Part shown: positions 32,901 to 40,875 of the stretch, one piece after another
Numbering within the stretch: the stretch's first letter is position 1
Layout of the letters: each line of letters begins with the position of its first letter
From: a virus
Length of the DNA stretch: 64,000 bases
Strand: one strand, 5' to 3'
Virus record (IMG/VR): IMGVR_UViG_3300042888_001738
Coordinates: 32,001 to 96,000 of that record
Translations under genes and position numbers: made by a program
Notes under the pieces: generated by a model
Seen by the model: only the letters and a program-made list of their open reading frames with translations
Told to the model about the DNA's origin: nothing
The model's database searches: none

Positions 32901-33971
32901 GCTCAGGATCCTGGTAAACCAACATCTGAATCACTTGAGATGTTAAATCAAATGGCAAACTTAGGTCAAAACAGAAGATCAACAACACAATCAGTTTCAT
33001 TATATAACCTATATAAAAATAGAAGTTATAGTTGTAGTGTGGATATGATGGGTAATGCTTTAATACAACCCATGATGTACTTTAACATCAGAAACATTCC
33101 TATGTTCTCAGGTCCTTACATGATTACAAAAGTTTCCCATAGTGTTAATGAGGGTGGTTTTGAAACACATTTTGAAGGTACAAGACAACCATTCTACAGT
33201 TTACCAAGAATTGATAATTTTATTCAAACACTTAATGTGAAAATATTATCAACAATCGATAGTAAGATACAAGAAAGAGAAAAGAAATTAAGAGAAAGTT
33301 CTACAAATATTATTGCTCAGAAAGATAATGTTTTAGCTAACTTACAGGCACAAGAAACTCTTACAAAATCACAAGATTGTCAAACTAATTTGAATCCAAG
33401 ATATTCACAATATACCGCAATTGATGTCCCTACTGCGACATCTAAAACAACTAAAGAGTTGTTTGATACAATTGTTAAAGTGTTAACAAATCTTAATGTT
33501 GGACCTACAACCGGAACGACATTCCAAACTTACACGGCGTTACTGTTTGAATTTATTTATGTTGATACAGGAAATAGTTCTAAAATTACAGGTTATGAAA
33601 ACAATTATTCTACTATCAATCTTAAAGAGGTTTATGGACCATCTTTTACTAATTATGTAAATAATAAATTTTATTGTGTAAAAAGAGGTACTGATAATAA
33701 TTTACCAGTTGCTAGTTTCAGATCGTTTGAAAGTTTTATTGAATTTGCGTTTTTCAGAATAAAAGATATACTCAGTAATTTAGAATCAGATCTTAAATCA
33801 GGGTTAACGGTATTACAGTCAATTACAAAACAATACATACTTAATTACCCGGTAGGACAACCTCCTAATGTTTACGACACTATGATTGAACAAGATAAGA
33901 AAATTATTGAACAAGAATTTACAAAGGCGATACAAGTTTTTGACACCGTCCAAACTTTTAAAATTAATTGA
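26925..33971 (+). CDS. Giant baseplate hub protein (gp27/VgrG-hub-like), 2348 aa
   Basis: Follows the LysM gene. C-proximal SCSVDMMGNALIQPMMYF...FSGPYMITKVSHS....FETHF is typical of hub proteins. Confidence 0.65.
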   Translation: MADNGENILVEFDYDNITLIDPNKLVDQDGNVKERLVKQEDLVYYANLECNVLPRTKLAVGSAMNDQQRTISVGKINFLNPGSKTFMDTAWSDEITGKDSVQGKGVNQVNLTSVKNPNKSDDFYITQNLNSNGTPGAVDNGFLGMKSINVSIGLDFLPVITVDLEDVKGRALFEGGNNSPYAAFFQLPYPQFTLTLKGYYGKAVKFPIMLQSFTSKFDPSTHNFVVSLKFYGYKYTLLSYVNFGSLMAVPHMYNNTVTQAPVSVEQGTTSNATTATSPTVVSRGYQKMKEIYSNYKSKGLIPDDFPEITLNQLKYRLQRFIDEVLEDFTKENMGVMTTMTDYTNTLLSYQQKVFLFTTSWFNTYMDIKNPIILKSGQKVYDYKKELSPEKRETALTELDGIIKEYNARLNENKVFGVGGSYTIGNITEQTQIPFNITTGTFRVSIKPDDVNIIKTFQAQENAPKEKLSPAGTPLSNQTKADIAYTNFLLSSQISFIANNFTYNYFEGLKSFMEITDGMSKQAATLRTKIEQQITTSLAEKFNSRGGGGLGFTPSIRNILAVFYCQGEAFLRLLDDVHKKAWEQRENDYRRAAIFGNQTTAPSVDIKSSTQNNEPIYPWPQVIQETVGDDGKEKFELIYPGAQNVASSYRAYSPEIWPEVEFVEQFIKGYTERQKTDDKVGAEFNELNNQPSRASLNAIEFPVTNEVFQNKEESKYFFEIYERLMLNSYYSKFNRMSGYDLSIYEAEADDEAVNVIKSLGADNPFLTKKIKEYLLDSNNYLPFLRHISNQGQGDSWQTFIKGTFVTPYIRNDVENPSVVYNSDILASTKSQPNVSLSNPRNLTNLEKYLTETSSSNTFDFTDVYPITNLNWDRNNLANGKSLNNANEAFDTKDVLEYNDTHKTVTNFEDDDNETTKRPYTYFNFQNLSVTPDTTNLKTFYNTRAYKNQLVTEGNLKYTGYSNHLTETQTTSMLNTPYFINAVQQGVFNFRYKQKDPYPYKTASYLFLNSLPLATLREKYVTKNGESTSDLSYILATMKKFGAVHKLPYAWILKYGSIWNRYKTYRDTGVDYLDSVWKDFNYLENWDPANSAATKNYDLVIDGIPRSLVLDTTTGTQPFTDINTGFYPQLVDDFNVFLQGLKLFSGKTQTGGSCTVQEVTGNTTVFEVTGVCSGNGSTVIINSITNNLLQVGTTITIPSISVNLVVTGQIAGAAGSTGVYTTTPTLSSAIPLNFTIGSFAQMSNVSLAAITNGLILSGSSFPSSLTITNQITGTTNLNGLYKVSNSSGFTSSFIALNPVLQINSIDSNVLVNGSIVNGPLLNGNVTIQNQISGTTGGIGLYIVGTGQTPTTSAFVVQNSYVQGIPSLSIQNNLDSGKLIMMNTQNSTIYETPGFDQSNPARTMRVSPWSVVVSSSTEPSFCYVMPSFGTNINQTKDEAFKNGVMRTELSGNDAMFNGSVRLFWNAPQYGWFDNSKVIKNDPETYLKKILNEQKDQQNFIISGNKNDYTDFQELFTTFNIKTLDYFESEFLNFSRSIYDFIDTLPSSQTASNLNTTEAETNANEVSEQTFKNFQTLARELFKVKIPTGTSPETKLNSLITSQNETFQNILTSFMNYDVVFKYGNPSDFNKRLFYTFSTRFIEDPIIYGPYFQGSLPTQGGGVTLAQSKQQNPKSWEALEYYVGKSSIPELVYKDSGSYITDFFVDLNVLFNEQNVKDFAPLIKIYATQKLANPKLNYTSFYSLMDNYIIESDNYISNIINVMLPAVRKQLPNVFVEEDNSQNRADLEAGFTEQTRTELWETFKALNDSWIAGFDFESKTLFEDVLLVDRASRNVGDKVLVDIFEIMDLIDGANYKNTLLDMVTTILVQNNFQHFMLPAYVNFYNVQDAQKNPTPRPDGSLEFGNMLFGTFLNVDYRNSSPKFLCYYANKPSEHLDMKDNIDYRYRDDAFDLRRASDNPLIENQIDKQDWAKSNKVVGFNVDMTRQNQQIFKSFSVAQDPGKPTSESLEMLNQMANLGQNRRSTTQSVSLYNLYKNRSYSCSVDMMGNALIQPMMYFNIRNIPMFSGPYMITKVSHSVNEGGFETHFEGTRQPFYSLPRIDNFIQTLNVKILSTIDSKIQEREKKLRESSTNIIAQKDNVLANLQAQETLTKSQDCQTNLNPRYSQYTAIDVPTATSKTTKELFDTIVKVLTNLNVGPTTGTTFQTYTALLFEFIYVDTGNSSKITGYENNYSTINLKEVYGPSFTNYVNNKFYCVKRGTDNNLPVASFRSFESFIEFAFFRIKDILSNLESDLKSGLTVLQSITKQYILNYPVGQPPNVYDTMIEQDKKIIEQEFTKAIQVFDTVQTFKIN

Positions 33972-33992
33972 TATTTATAATAAAAGACAACT

Positions 33993-34217
33993 ATGAATAC
34001 AAAATTGTTATTGGATAACTACTTGGGTAAAAATACAAGAGTTTCTGAAAAAGATATGGGAGATGGTACTAAACAAGTTTGTGATTTAGACACAGGTGAT
34101 TGTTATACTGTACGAATGAAAGACGGCTTGATTGAAAGAGTCGATAATACTATGAGAACCTTTAAGAAAGTTCAAGTTGAGACCAATAAAGGTATAAAAA
34201 CATTACTAAACGGATAA
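33993..34217 (+). CDS. Hypothetical protein (74 aa, VCDLDTGDC)
   Basis: ORF preceded by TATTTAT at 33972 and coupled to the next ORF. Confidence 0.7.
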   Translation: MNTKLLLDNYLGKNTRVSEKDMGDGTKQVCDLDTGDCYTVRMKDGLIERVDNTMRTFKKVQVETNKGIKTLLNG

Positions 34218-34218
34218 G

Positions 34219-34911
34219 ATGAGTATAGACGAAAGAATATTAAAAGAGATTAAACGATATAATTCGATTAATAATTACATTTCGGAACAAGAAGTTCCTG
34301 AACCTCCAGTAGACCCACTTGCGGCAGCAGCACCTGCTGATCCTGCGGCTGGCGAAATTCCCCCACCTCCGGGTGATGTACCTGTTGATCCAGCAGCTCC
34401 AGCACCACCAGCGGCACCGGCAGTAGGTGCGGAACCAACACCTGTTGATGTTGCTACAGACCCTGATGTTGAAGAAGTTGGTGCGGAAGGTGAAGGTGAA
34501 GTTGAGGAATTAGATATTACTGATTTAGTTGATTCACAAAAAACTATGGCTGACAAACAAGAAGAATATTTTGAAAACTTGTTTAACCAAATTAAAACTA
34601 TGGAAGATAAATTATCTGAAATGGACACGCTGGTTTCAAAAATAGATACTTTAGATGCTAAAGTTGAAAAATACAGACCTAAAACCGCACAAGAGAAATT
34701 AGAATTACGTTCATTAGATTCAGGACCATTCAAACAAAATTTGGCAGACTTCTTTAAAGATAAAGAGGGAGAAATGGAAATGACTGGTAAGAATGAATAC
34801 GTTCTAACAAAAGACGACGTGGAAAATTTTAGCCCATCTGAAATTGAAAAAACATTCAATGAACCGATGGAAGACGAAGACGATATTTTATTAAACAGAT
34901 ATAATTCATAA
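34219..34911 (+). CDS. Acidic Pro/Ala-rich coiled-coil protein, possibly an internal head/scaffold-type protein
   Basis: Leader containing IDE/LKE/ISE, a low-complexity PA/E region, and a heptad-like segment. Function is inferred only. Confidence 0.6.
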   Translation: MSIDERILKEIKRYNSINNYISEQEVPEPPVDPLAAAAPADPAAGEIPPPPGDVPVDPAAPAPPAAPAVGAEPTPVDVATDPDVEEVGAEGEGEVEELDITDLVDSQKTMADKQEEYFENLFNQIKTMEDKLSEMDTLVSKIDTLDAKVEKYRPKTAQEKLELRSLDSGPFKQNLADFFKDKEGEMEMTGKNEYVLTKDDVENFSPSEIEKTFNEPMEDEDDILLNRYNS

Positions 34912-34912
34912 G

Positions 34913-34947
34913 GTTAAAGGTCGATTATTTCGACCTTAACTTTTTTT
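34913..34947 (+). terminator. Intrinsic terminator
   Basis: gttaaaggtcga-ttatt-tcgaccttaac followed by T7. Confidence 0.8.
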
Positions 34948-34958
34948 GGCGACACTAT

Positions 34959-34987
34959 TTGACTATAACTTTTTATACAACTATAAT
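34959..34987 (+). promoter_or_regulatory. Sigma70-like promoter for ssb (TTGACT-17-TATAAT)
   Basis: Near-consensus hexamers at 34959-34964 and 34982-34987 with an exact 17-nt spacer, just downstream of a terminator. Confidence 0.7.
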
Positions 34988-35018
34988 TTTAACATAAACC
35001 TTTAATTTTTATTTACAC

Positions 35019-35891
35019 ATGGCGACAAATGTTTTAGACGCAGTACTTTCACAGTACGAAAAATCAACACAGAGTTCTACGAACTCATCATCTAAAATGT
35101 CTTCTGAAGATCGAATGAAGAAATACTTCGCGGCTCTTTTGAAAGACAACGAAAAACAAGGTCAGAGACGAGTACGTATTCTACCAACAACAGACGGATC
35201 TTCACCGTTCAAAGAAGTATGGTTCCACGAAATCCTTGTGGACGGTAAATGGCAGAAATTTTACGATCCAGGAAAGAATGACAACGAGCGTTCACCTTTG
35301 AATGAAGTTTATGAAGAACTTATGTCAACAGGTAAAGAAACTGACAAACAATTAGCAACACAATACAGAGCACGTAAGTTTTATATTGTGAAAGTAATTG
35401 ATCGTGATAACGAACAAGACGGAGTTAAATTTTGGCGATTTAAACACAACTACAAACAAGAAGGAATACTTGATAAAATCATTCCAATTTGGAAAGCAAA
35501 AGGTGATGTAACCGATCCTGATAATGGTCGTGATTTGATCCTTGAACTTACAAAGGCTAAGACTCCAAAAGGAGCAACTTACACAGTAATTCAAACGGTT
35601 ATGTATGATGACCCATCACCAATCTCTAACGAAGAAACTCAAATGTCTGAGTGGGTTGCTGATGAATTAACTTGGGAAGATGTATACTCTAAAAAACCTG
35701 TTGAGTATCTTGAGGCAATCTCTCGTGGTGAAACTCCACGTTGGGATTCAGAAAAAGGTGGATATGTTTACTCAAACACTGAAACTTCTGAATTTTCTAT
35801 GGGTGGAACACCAAAAGTTGAAGTAAAATCAATCAACGAGGTTGCTGATCCACAAGCAAACGATGAGGCTGATGAAGAATTACCATTCTAA
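35019..35891 (+). CDS. ssb: Single-stranded DNA-binding protein (T4 gp32-like) with an acidic DEELPF tail
   Basis: RVRILP, WFH, VIDR..E..GVKFW and DVTDPDNGRDL patterns. Acidic C-terminus. Located upstream of RecA. Confidence 0.8.
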   Translation: MATNVLDAVLSQYEKSTQSSTNSSSKMSSEDRMKKYFAALLKDNEKQGQRRVRILPTTDGSSPFKEVWFHEILVDGKWQKFYDPGKNDNERSPLNEVYEELMSTGKETDKQLATQYRARKFYIVKVIDRDNEQDGVKFWRFKHNYKQEGILDKIIPIWKAKGDVTDPDNGRDLILELTKAKTPKGATYTVIQTVMYDDPSPISNEETQMSEWVADELTWEDVYSKKPVEYLEAISRGETPRWDSEKGGYVYSNTETSEFSMGGTPKVEVKSINEVADPQANDEADEELPF

Positions 35892-35910
35892 TTTTAAATA
35901 GGAAAAATAT

Positions 35911-35941
35911 AACGGGAGCAGTTTATTGTTCCCGTTTTTTT
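35911..35941 (+). terminator. Intrinsic terminator after ssb
   Basis: aacgggagca-gttta-ttgttcccgttttttt. Confidence 0.8.
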
Positions 35942-35978
35942 GTTTATATTTTAGTACAAACACTAACTGAATATTCAT

Positions 35979-36986
35979 ATGGCTTTAAAGAAAAATGACT
36001 TTAGTTCGATCAAGAAAAAATTCTCATCGGACGCAAAATACAAACCACAAAGATTCTTTGATTTAGGATCTGACTTCTTAGATGCGGTTGGTCTACCTGG
36101 ACCTGCAATCGGTCACCTTAATATGTATTTAGGTCACTCTGATACTGGTAAAACTACCGCACTTGTTAAAACCGCTGTTGATGCACAAAAGAAAGGTATT
36201 CTTCCTGTGTTTATTATTACGGAACAAAAATGGTCTTTTGATCACGCAAAACTTATGGGTTTTGAATGTGATGAAGTTGTTGATGAAGAAACTGGTGAAT
36301 TAGATTGGGATGGATTTTTCCTCTTTAATAATAACTTCAGTTATATTGAACAAATTACCGATTACATTAACGATCTATTAGATGCACAAGTGAAAGGTGA
36401 ATTGGATTATTCACTTTGTATTATGTGGGATTCAGTCGGATCGGTTCCTTGTAAAATGACGTATGAAGGTAAAGGTGGTAAACAACACAATGCAAGTGTT
36501 TTAGCAGATAAAATTGGTATGGGTATTAACCAACGTATTTCAGGATCTCGTAAATCGGATTCTAAATATGAAAATACCTTAATCATTGTCAACCAACCTT
36601 GGGTAGAATTACCTGACAATCCATTTGGTCAACCTAAGATTAAAGCGAAAGGTGGAGAAGCGATTTGGTTAAACTCTTCTTTGGTATTCTTGTTTGGTAA
36701 TCAAAAAGGAGCGGGAACAACAAAGATCACGGCAACAAAAGATAAGAGAACTGTGAAGTTTGCGTCAAGAACAAAAGTGTCGGTTATGAAAAACCACATC
36801 AATGGTCTTGGATTTGAGGACGGTAGAATTATTGTAACCCCACACGGATTCTTACCGGGTAAAGACACTACAGAGGAAAAGGCATCAATAGAAAAGTATA
36901 AGAAAGAATACGCCGACTATTGGAAAGACGTAATCGGAGTTGATGGTGACTTTGATTTGAAAACAGAAAAAGAAGAGGTAGAGTAG
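35979..36986 (+). CDS. recA: RecA/UvsX-like recombinase
   Basis: Walker A GHSDTGKTT, Walker B IMWDSVG, IIVNQ, KGGEA and V.KNH. Confidence 0.88.
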   Translation: MALKKNDFSSIKKKFSSDAKYKPQRFFDLGSDFLDAVGLPGPAIGHLNMYLGHSDTGKTTALVKTAVDAQKKGILPVFIITEQKWSFDHAKLMGFECDEVVDEETGELDWDGFFLFNNNFSYIEQITDYINDLLDAQVKGELDYSLCIMWDSVGSVPCKMTYEGKGGKQHNASVLADKIGMGINQRISGSRKSDSKYENTLIIVNQPWVELPDNPFGQPKIKAKGGEAIWLNSSLVFLFGNQKGAGTTKITATKDKRTVKFASRTKVSVMKNHINGLGFEDGRIIVTPHGFLPGKDTTEEKASIEKYKKEYADYWKDVIGVDGDFDLKTEKEEVE

Positions 36987-37007
36987 AAATCATTTAAGTT
37001 TTAGGAA

Positions 37008-38015
37008 GTGTCCAAAACATTATTAGTAGACGGAAATAATTTATTGAAAATTGGATTTCATGGTGTTAGAGAATTCTATCACAATGGGAAACACGTTGGT
37101 GGTGTTTGGCATTTTCTAAATACTCTTCGTAAATTCTTAGAAGAACACAACTACAATAAAGTTGTTGTTTTTTGGGATTCTAAAACCTCATCCCTACAAA
37201 GAAGGATGATTTACCCCAAGTACAAATTAAATCGTAAATCTTCAGATTCAGAATCGAAAGAAGAATCTTTTGCAGAACAAAAACAAAGGGTTAAACAATA
37301 CCTCGAGGAGATGTTTGTAAGACAATTAGAAACGGAAAACGCTGAAGCTGATGACTTGATTGCTCAATATTGTAAAATCTCCTTAGACGAAGAAAAAACG
37401 ATATTTTCCAGTGATCGAGATTTAACTCAATTAATTGGGGAGAAAGTATCGATTTATTCACCATCCACAAAACAATATTATAAGGTTGGAGATACAATAA
37501 AGATCAACGATGTTGAGATTCCACACTATAATATTAAGACCGTAAAGATTCTCACTGGTGATAGTTCGGATAATATCGATGGTATTTTCTATCTCGGTGA
37601 GAAAACTTTGGTTAAATTATTTCCTGAGCTACTTGAAGAATTAGTACAAATACCATATATTTTGGATAAGAGTACTAAATTACTTAAAGACGAGAAGGGG
37701 AATGTAGCACTTCAAAATCTATTAAGTGGAAAAACTAAAGAAGGTATTTTTGGTGATGAATTTTATGTGATCAATCAAAAGATCGTAGATTTAGATGAAC
37801 CACTATTAAGTGATGAAGACAAAGAATTGGTAGGACTATATTACACTGAGTCGTTGGATCCCGACGGAAGAGGATATAGAAATCTAATTAGAATGATGAT
37901 GGAAGATGGATTCTTCAAATACCTACCAAAGGGTGACGACGCTTGGGTAAGTTTTTTGAAACCATTTCTTAAGTTAACAAGAAAAGAAAAAAGTAAGTTT
38001 AGAAACAAAAAGTAG
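37008..38015 (+). CDS. 5'-3' exonuclease / flap endonuclease (T4 RNase H-like)
   Basis: LLVDGNN, YKLNR, EADDLIA, SSDRDL and GDSSDNIDGI..LGEKT. Confidence 0.93.
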   Translation: MSKTLLVDGNNLLKIGFHGVREFYHNGKHVGGVWHFLNTLRKFLEEHNYNKVVVFWDSKTSSLQRRMIYPKYKLNRKSSDSESKEESFAEQKQRVKQYLEEMFVRQLETENAEADDLIAQYCKISLDEEKTIFSSDRDLTQLIGEKVSIYSPSTKQYYKVGDTIKINDVEIPHYNIKTVKILTGDSSDNIDGIFYLGEKTLVKLFPELLEELVQIPYILDKSTKLLKDEKGNVALQNLLSGKTKEGIFGDEFYVINQKIVDLDEPLLSDEDKELVGLYYTESLDPDGRGYRNLIRMMMEDGFFKYLPKGDDAWVSFLKPFLKLTRKEKSKFRNKK

Positions 38016-38030
38016 AAAACAAAACAAACT

Positions 38031-38480
38031 ATGAAAGATCAAGAAATAACAAAAGTTGAATTTTTGTTAATGTGTAATGACAACATCGTAGTCCAAAGGT
38101 TCTTTAATGTTCGTGGGTTTAATAGAAACGCTCACAAATCTGAAGAATTTTATGACTACATCTCAAGTCTTTACGGAGAGTTACAATACGATTTAAAAAT
38201 GAGATCGGTAACTTATATGTTGGACAACCAATATGAAATATCAGAGAATCCAGACGTTTTAAATACGTCAATTACAGACGGACCTGAAAATTTTAACCTA
38301 ATTATTAAGCTCGGAGATATGACAATTTGTCAGAGAGTATTCGACGCTAAAGTGTACCCTCCAAAGGTTAGATACACCGTAGACCTACGCCCGAAACTAA
38401 AAACCATACTTGGCACCCTGACTGACATTTTTTCAGGTGAAAAATTTAATTTCGCATACCCTGAATTTATCAAAAACTAA
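38031..38480 (+). CDS. Hypothetical protein in the replication block
   Basis: 149-aa ORF filling the gap between the exonuclease and helicase genes. No motif recognised. Confidence 0.7.
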   Translation: MKDQEITKVEFLLMCNDNIVVQRFFNVRGFNRNAHKSEEFYDYISSLYGELQYDLKMRSVTYMLDNQYEISENPDVLNTSITDGPENFNLIIKLGDMTICQRVFDAKVYPPKVRYTVDLRPKLKTILGTLTDIFSGEKFNFAYPEFIKN

Positions 38481-38514
38481 TACTATTTATTTTTACTAAA
38501 GGAGAAAAAACTAT

Positions 38515-39897
38515 ATGGCGACAGGTAAAAATTTTGAGTATTTAGGTAATACTTTTCAATTACAATTATTAAATCAAATCATCGTAGACAAAGACTTTTC
38601 ACATTCAATTATTGATGTGATTGAGAACAATTATTTTGAAAACAAATACTTTAAAATAATCATTCAGATGATTAGAGAGTATTACGTAAAATACGACCAC
38701 ACCCCGTCGTTTGAAACTCTTGAACAAATTACAAAATCAGAACTCCAACAGGAGATCGCATCTAAGATTGTTATGGATACAATTAAGAAAATTAAGGATG
38801 CACCTATTGATGGCGTAGGTTTTGTACAAGAAAAAGCTTTAAAATTCTGTAAACAACAAGAACTACAAAAAGTAATGGGTAAGGCTCAAAAGATCATCGA
38901 TGGTGGTGAGTTTGAGAACTACGACACACTTGAAGAAATGGTTAAAACCGCTCTTCAGGTTGGAGCAAAAGACACTTCTATGTTAGACGTATTCTCCAAC
39001 CTTGAACAAGTTCTTGAAGATGATTACAGACATCCAGTTCCAATGGGAATACCAGGTATTGATAGATTATTGAAGGGTGGTTTGGCAAAAGGAGAAATTG
39101 GAGTTATCTTAGCACCAACAGGTGTTGGTAAGTCAACTATCTTAACCAAGATGGCAAACCACGCATTTAATCTTGGATTTAACGTACTACAGATATTTTT
39201 TGAAGACAACCCAAAGGTTATCCAAAGAAAACACTTCACTTTATGGACTAAGATTCATCCTGACGATTTGTCAGAAAAAAGAGATGAGGTAATGTCTAAA
39301 GTTAGAGAAATTGAGGAGTCAATGCCAAATAAGTTGATTATGAAAAAGTTACCATCGGATACTATGACGATGTTACAAATCAAAAATCAAATTAGAAAAA
39401 TGGTTTCTGATGGGATTAAAGTTGATATGATCATTTTAGATTACATCGATTGTGTGGTACCTGATAAGAACTTAGGTGATGAATGGAAGAGTGAAGGGTC
39501 TGTAATGAGAGCATTTGAAGCAATGTGTCACGAGATGAATATTGTAGGATGGACCGCGACACAAGGTAACAGATCATCAATTTCATCAGAAGTGGTAACA
39601 ACAGATCAAATGGGTGGATCAATTAAAAAAGCTCAGGTGGGGCACGTAATTATATCGGTGGCTAAGACATTACAACAAAAAGAAATGAAGTTAGCAACCA
39701 TTGCAATTACTAAATCAAGAATCGGTGATGATGGGGTCGTATTTGAAAATTGTAAATTCGATAACGCGATGATTGAAATTGATACTGAAAGTACAACAAC
39801 GTTCTTAGGTCTTGAAGAACAGAAAGAAGAAAGACAAAGACAACGAGTTAAAGAACTCTTAGATAAGAGAAAACAACGAGAAACACAGTCAAATTAA
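38515..39897 (+). CDS. dnaB: Replicative DnaB-like helicase (T4 gp41-like)
   Basis: GIPGIDRLLKGG, Walker A APTGVGKS, ILDYID, WTATQGNR and KSR. Confidence 0.92.
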   Translation: MATGKNFEYLGNTFQLQLLNQIIVDKDFSHSIIDVIENNYFENKYFKIIIQMIREYYVKYDHTPSFETLEQITKSELQQEIASKIVMDTIKKIKDAPIDGVGFVQEKALKFCKQQELQKVMGKAQKIIDGGEFENYDTLEEMVKTALQVGAKDTSMLDVFSNLEQVLEDDYRHPVPMGIPGIDRLLKGGLAKGEIGVILAPTGVGKSTILTKMANHAFNLGFNVLQIFFEDNPKVIQRKHFTLWTKIHPDDLSEKRDEVMSKVREIEESMPNKLIMKKLPSDTMTMLQIKNQIRKMVSDGIKVDMIILDYIDCVVPDKNLGDEWKSEGSVMRAFEAMCHEMNIVGWTATQGNRSSISSEVVTTDQMGGSIKKAQVGHVIISVAKTLQQKEMKLATIAITKSRIGDDGVVFENCKFDNAMIEIDTESTTTFLGLEEQKEERQRQRVKELLDKRKQRETQSN

Positions 39898-39918
39898 CAA
39901 ATAAGTAAATTATAATAA

Positions 39919-40866
39919 ATGGAAAAAATACTAGTAGAAAATCCTGGTCGATTCGTCATCTTCCCTATTGAACACAACGATATATGGGAATATTACAAAC
40001 AACACCAAGCTGCTTTTTGGACAGCTGAAGAGGTGGATTTAACAAACGACATCAGAGATTGGGAAACATTAACTGATAATGAGAAATACTTCATCAAAAA
40101 TGTATTATCATTTTTTGCGGCATCAGACGGGATTGTGAATGAAAACTTGGCAGAAAACTTCTACCGAGAAGTACAATACCCTGAGGCGAAATTCTTTTAT
40201 GGAATCCAATTGGCGATGGAAAACATCCACTCACTTATGTACTCACTTTTGATTGACACATACATTAACAACCCGAAAGAGAAAGATGAATGTTTCAATG
40301 CAATCGATAGATTACCTGCAGTTCAGAAAAAAGCTAAATGGGCATTGGATTGGATTGAAAACGCATCGTTCGCAGAAAGATTAGTTGCGTTCGCAGCGGT
40401 CGAAGGTATCTTTTTTTCAGGATCGTTCTGTTCCATATTTTGGATGAAATCAAGAGGAATAATGCAAGGTTTGTGTAATGCTAACACACTTATCTTTAAA
40501 GATGAGAACTTACACTGTGATTTTGCAATCCACTTATTGAATAACCACTTGGAAAATAAACCTTCAGAGAAAAGAATCAAAGAGATTGTATTATCTGCTC
40601 TTGAGATTGAAAAGGAATTTATCACAGAATCACTTCCAGTTTCACTAATAGGGATGAACTCAAACCTTATGAAACAATACCTTGAATTTGTGGTTGACGG
40701 ATTACTCGTTAAGATGGGTTGTGGTAAACAATTCAATGTTGAACAACCGTTCAAATTCATGGAGCAAATTGCTGTTGAAACAAAAGGTAATTTCTTTGAG
40801 TCCAGAACTATGGAATATCAGAAGGCGAAATTGAACGAAACAATAACATTTACAGACGACTTTTAA
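39919..40866 (+). CDS. nrdB: Class Ia ribonucleotide reductase beta subunit
   Basis: [45 protein letters not shown] and NFFE.R..EY. Confidence 0.97.
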   Translation: MEKILVENPGRFVIFPIEHNDIWEYYKQHQAAFWTAEEVDLTNDIRDWETLTDNEKYFIKNVLSFFAASDGIVNENLAENFYREVQYPEAKFFYGIQLAMENIHSLMYSLLIDTYINNPKEKDECFNAIDRLPAVQKKAKWALDWIENASFAERLVAFAAVEGIFFSGSFCSIFWMKSRGIMQGLCNANTLIFKDENLHCDFAIHLLNNHLENKPSEKRIKEIVLSALEIEKEFITESLPVSLIGMNSNLMKQYLEFVVDGLLVKMGCGKQFNVEQPFKFMEQIAVETKGNFFESRTMEYQKAKLNETITFTDDF

Positions 40867-40875
40867 ATTTAGATT

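Noticed and set aside
34275-34859. 194-aa antisense ORF, and the many other short nested ORFs in the track
   Set aside because: They lie within well-supported genes, lack promoter motifs, and mirror codon bias or low complexity of the sense gene.
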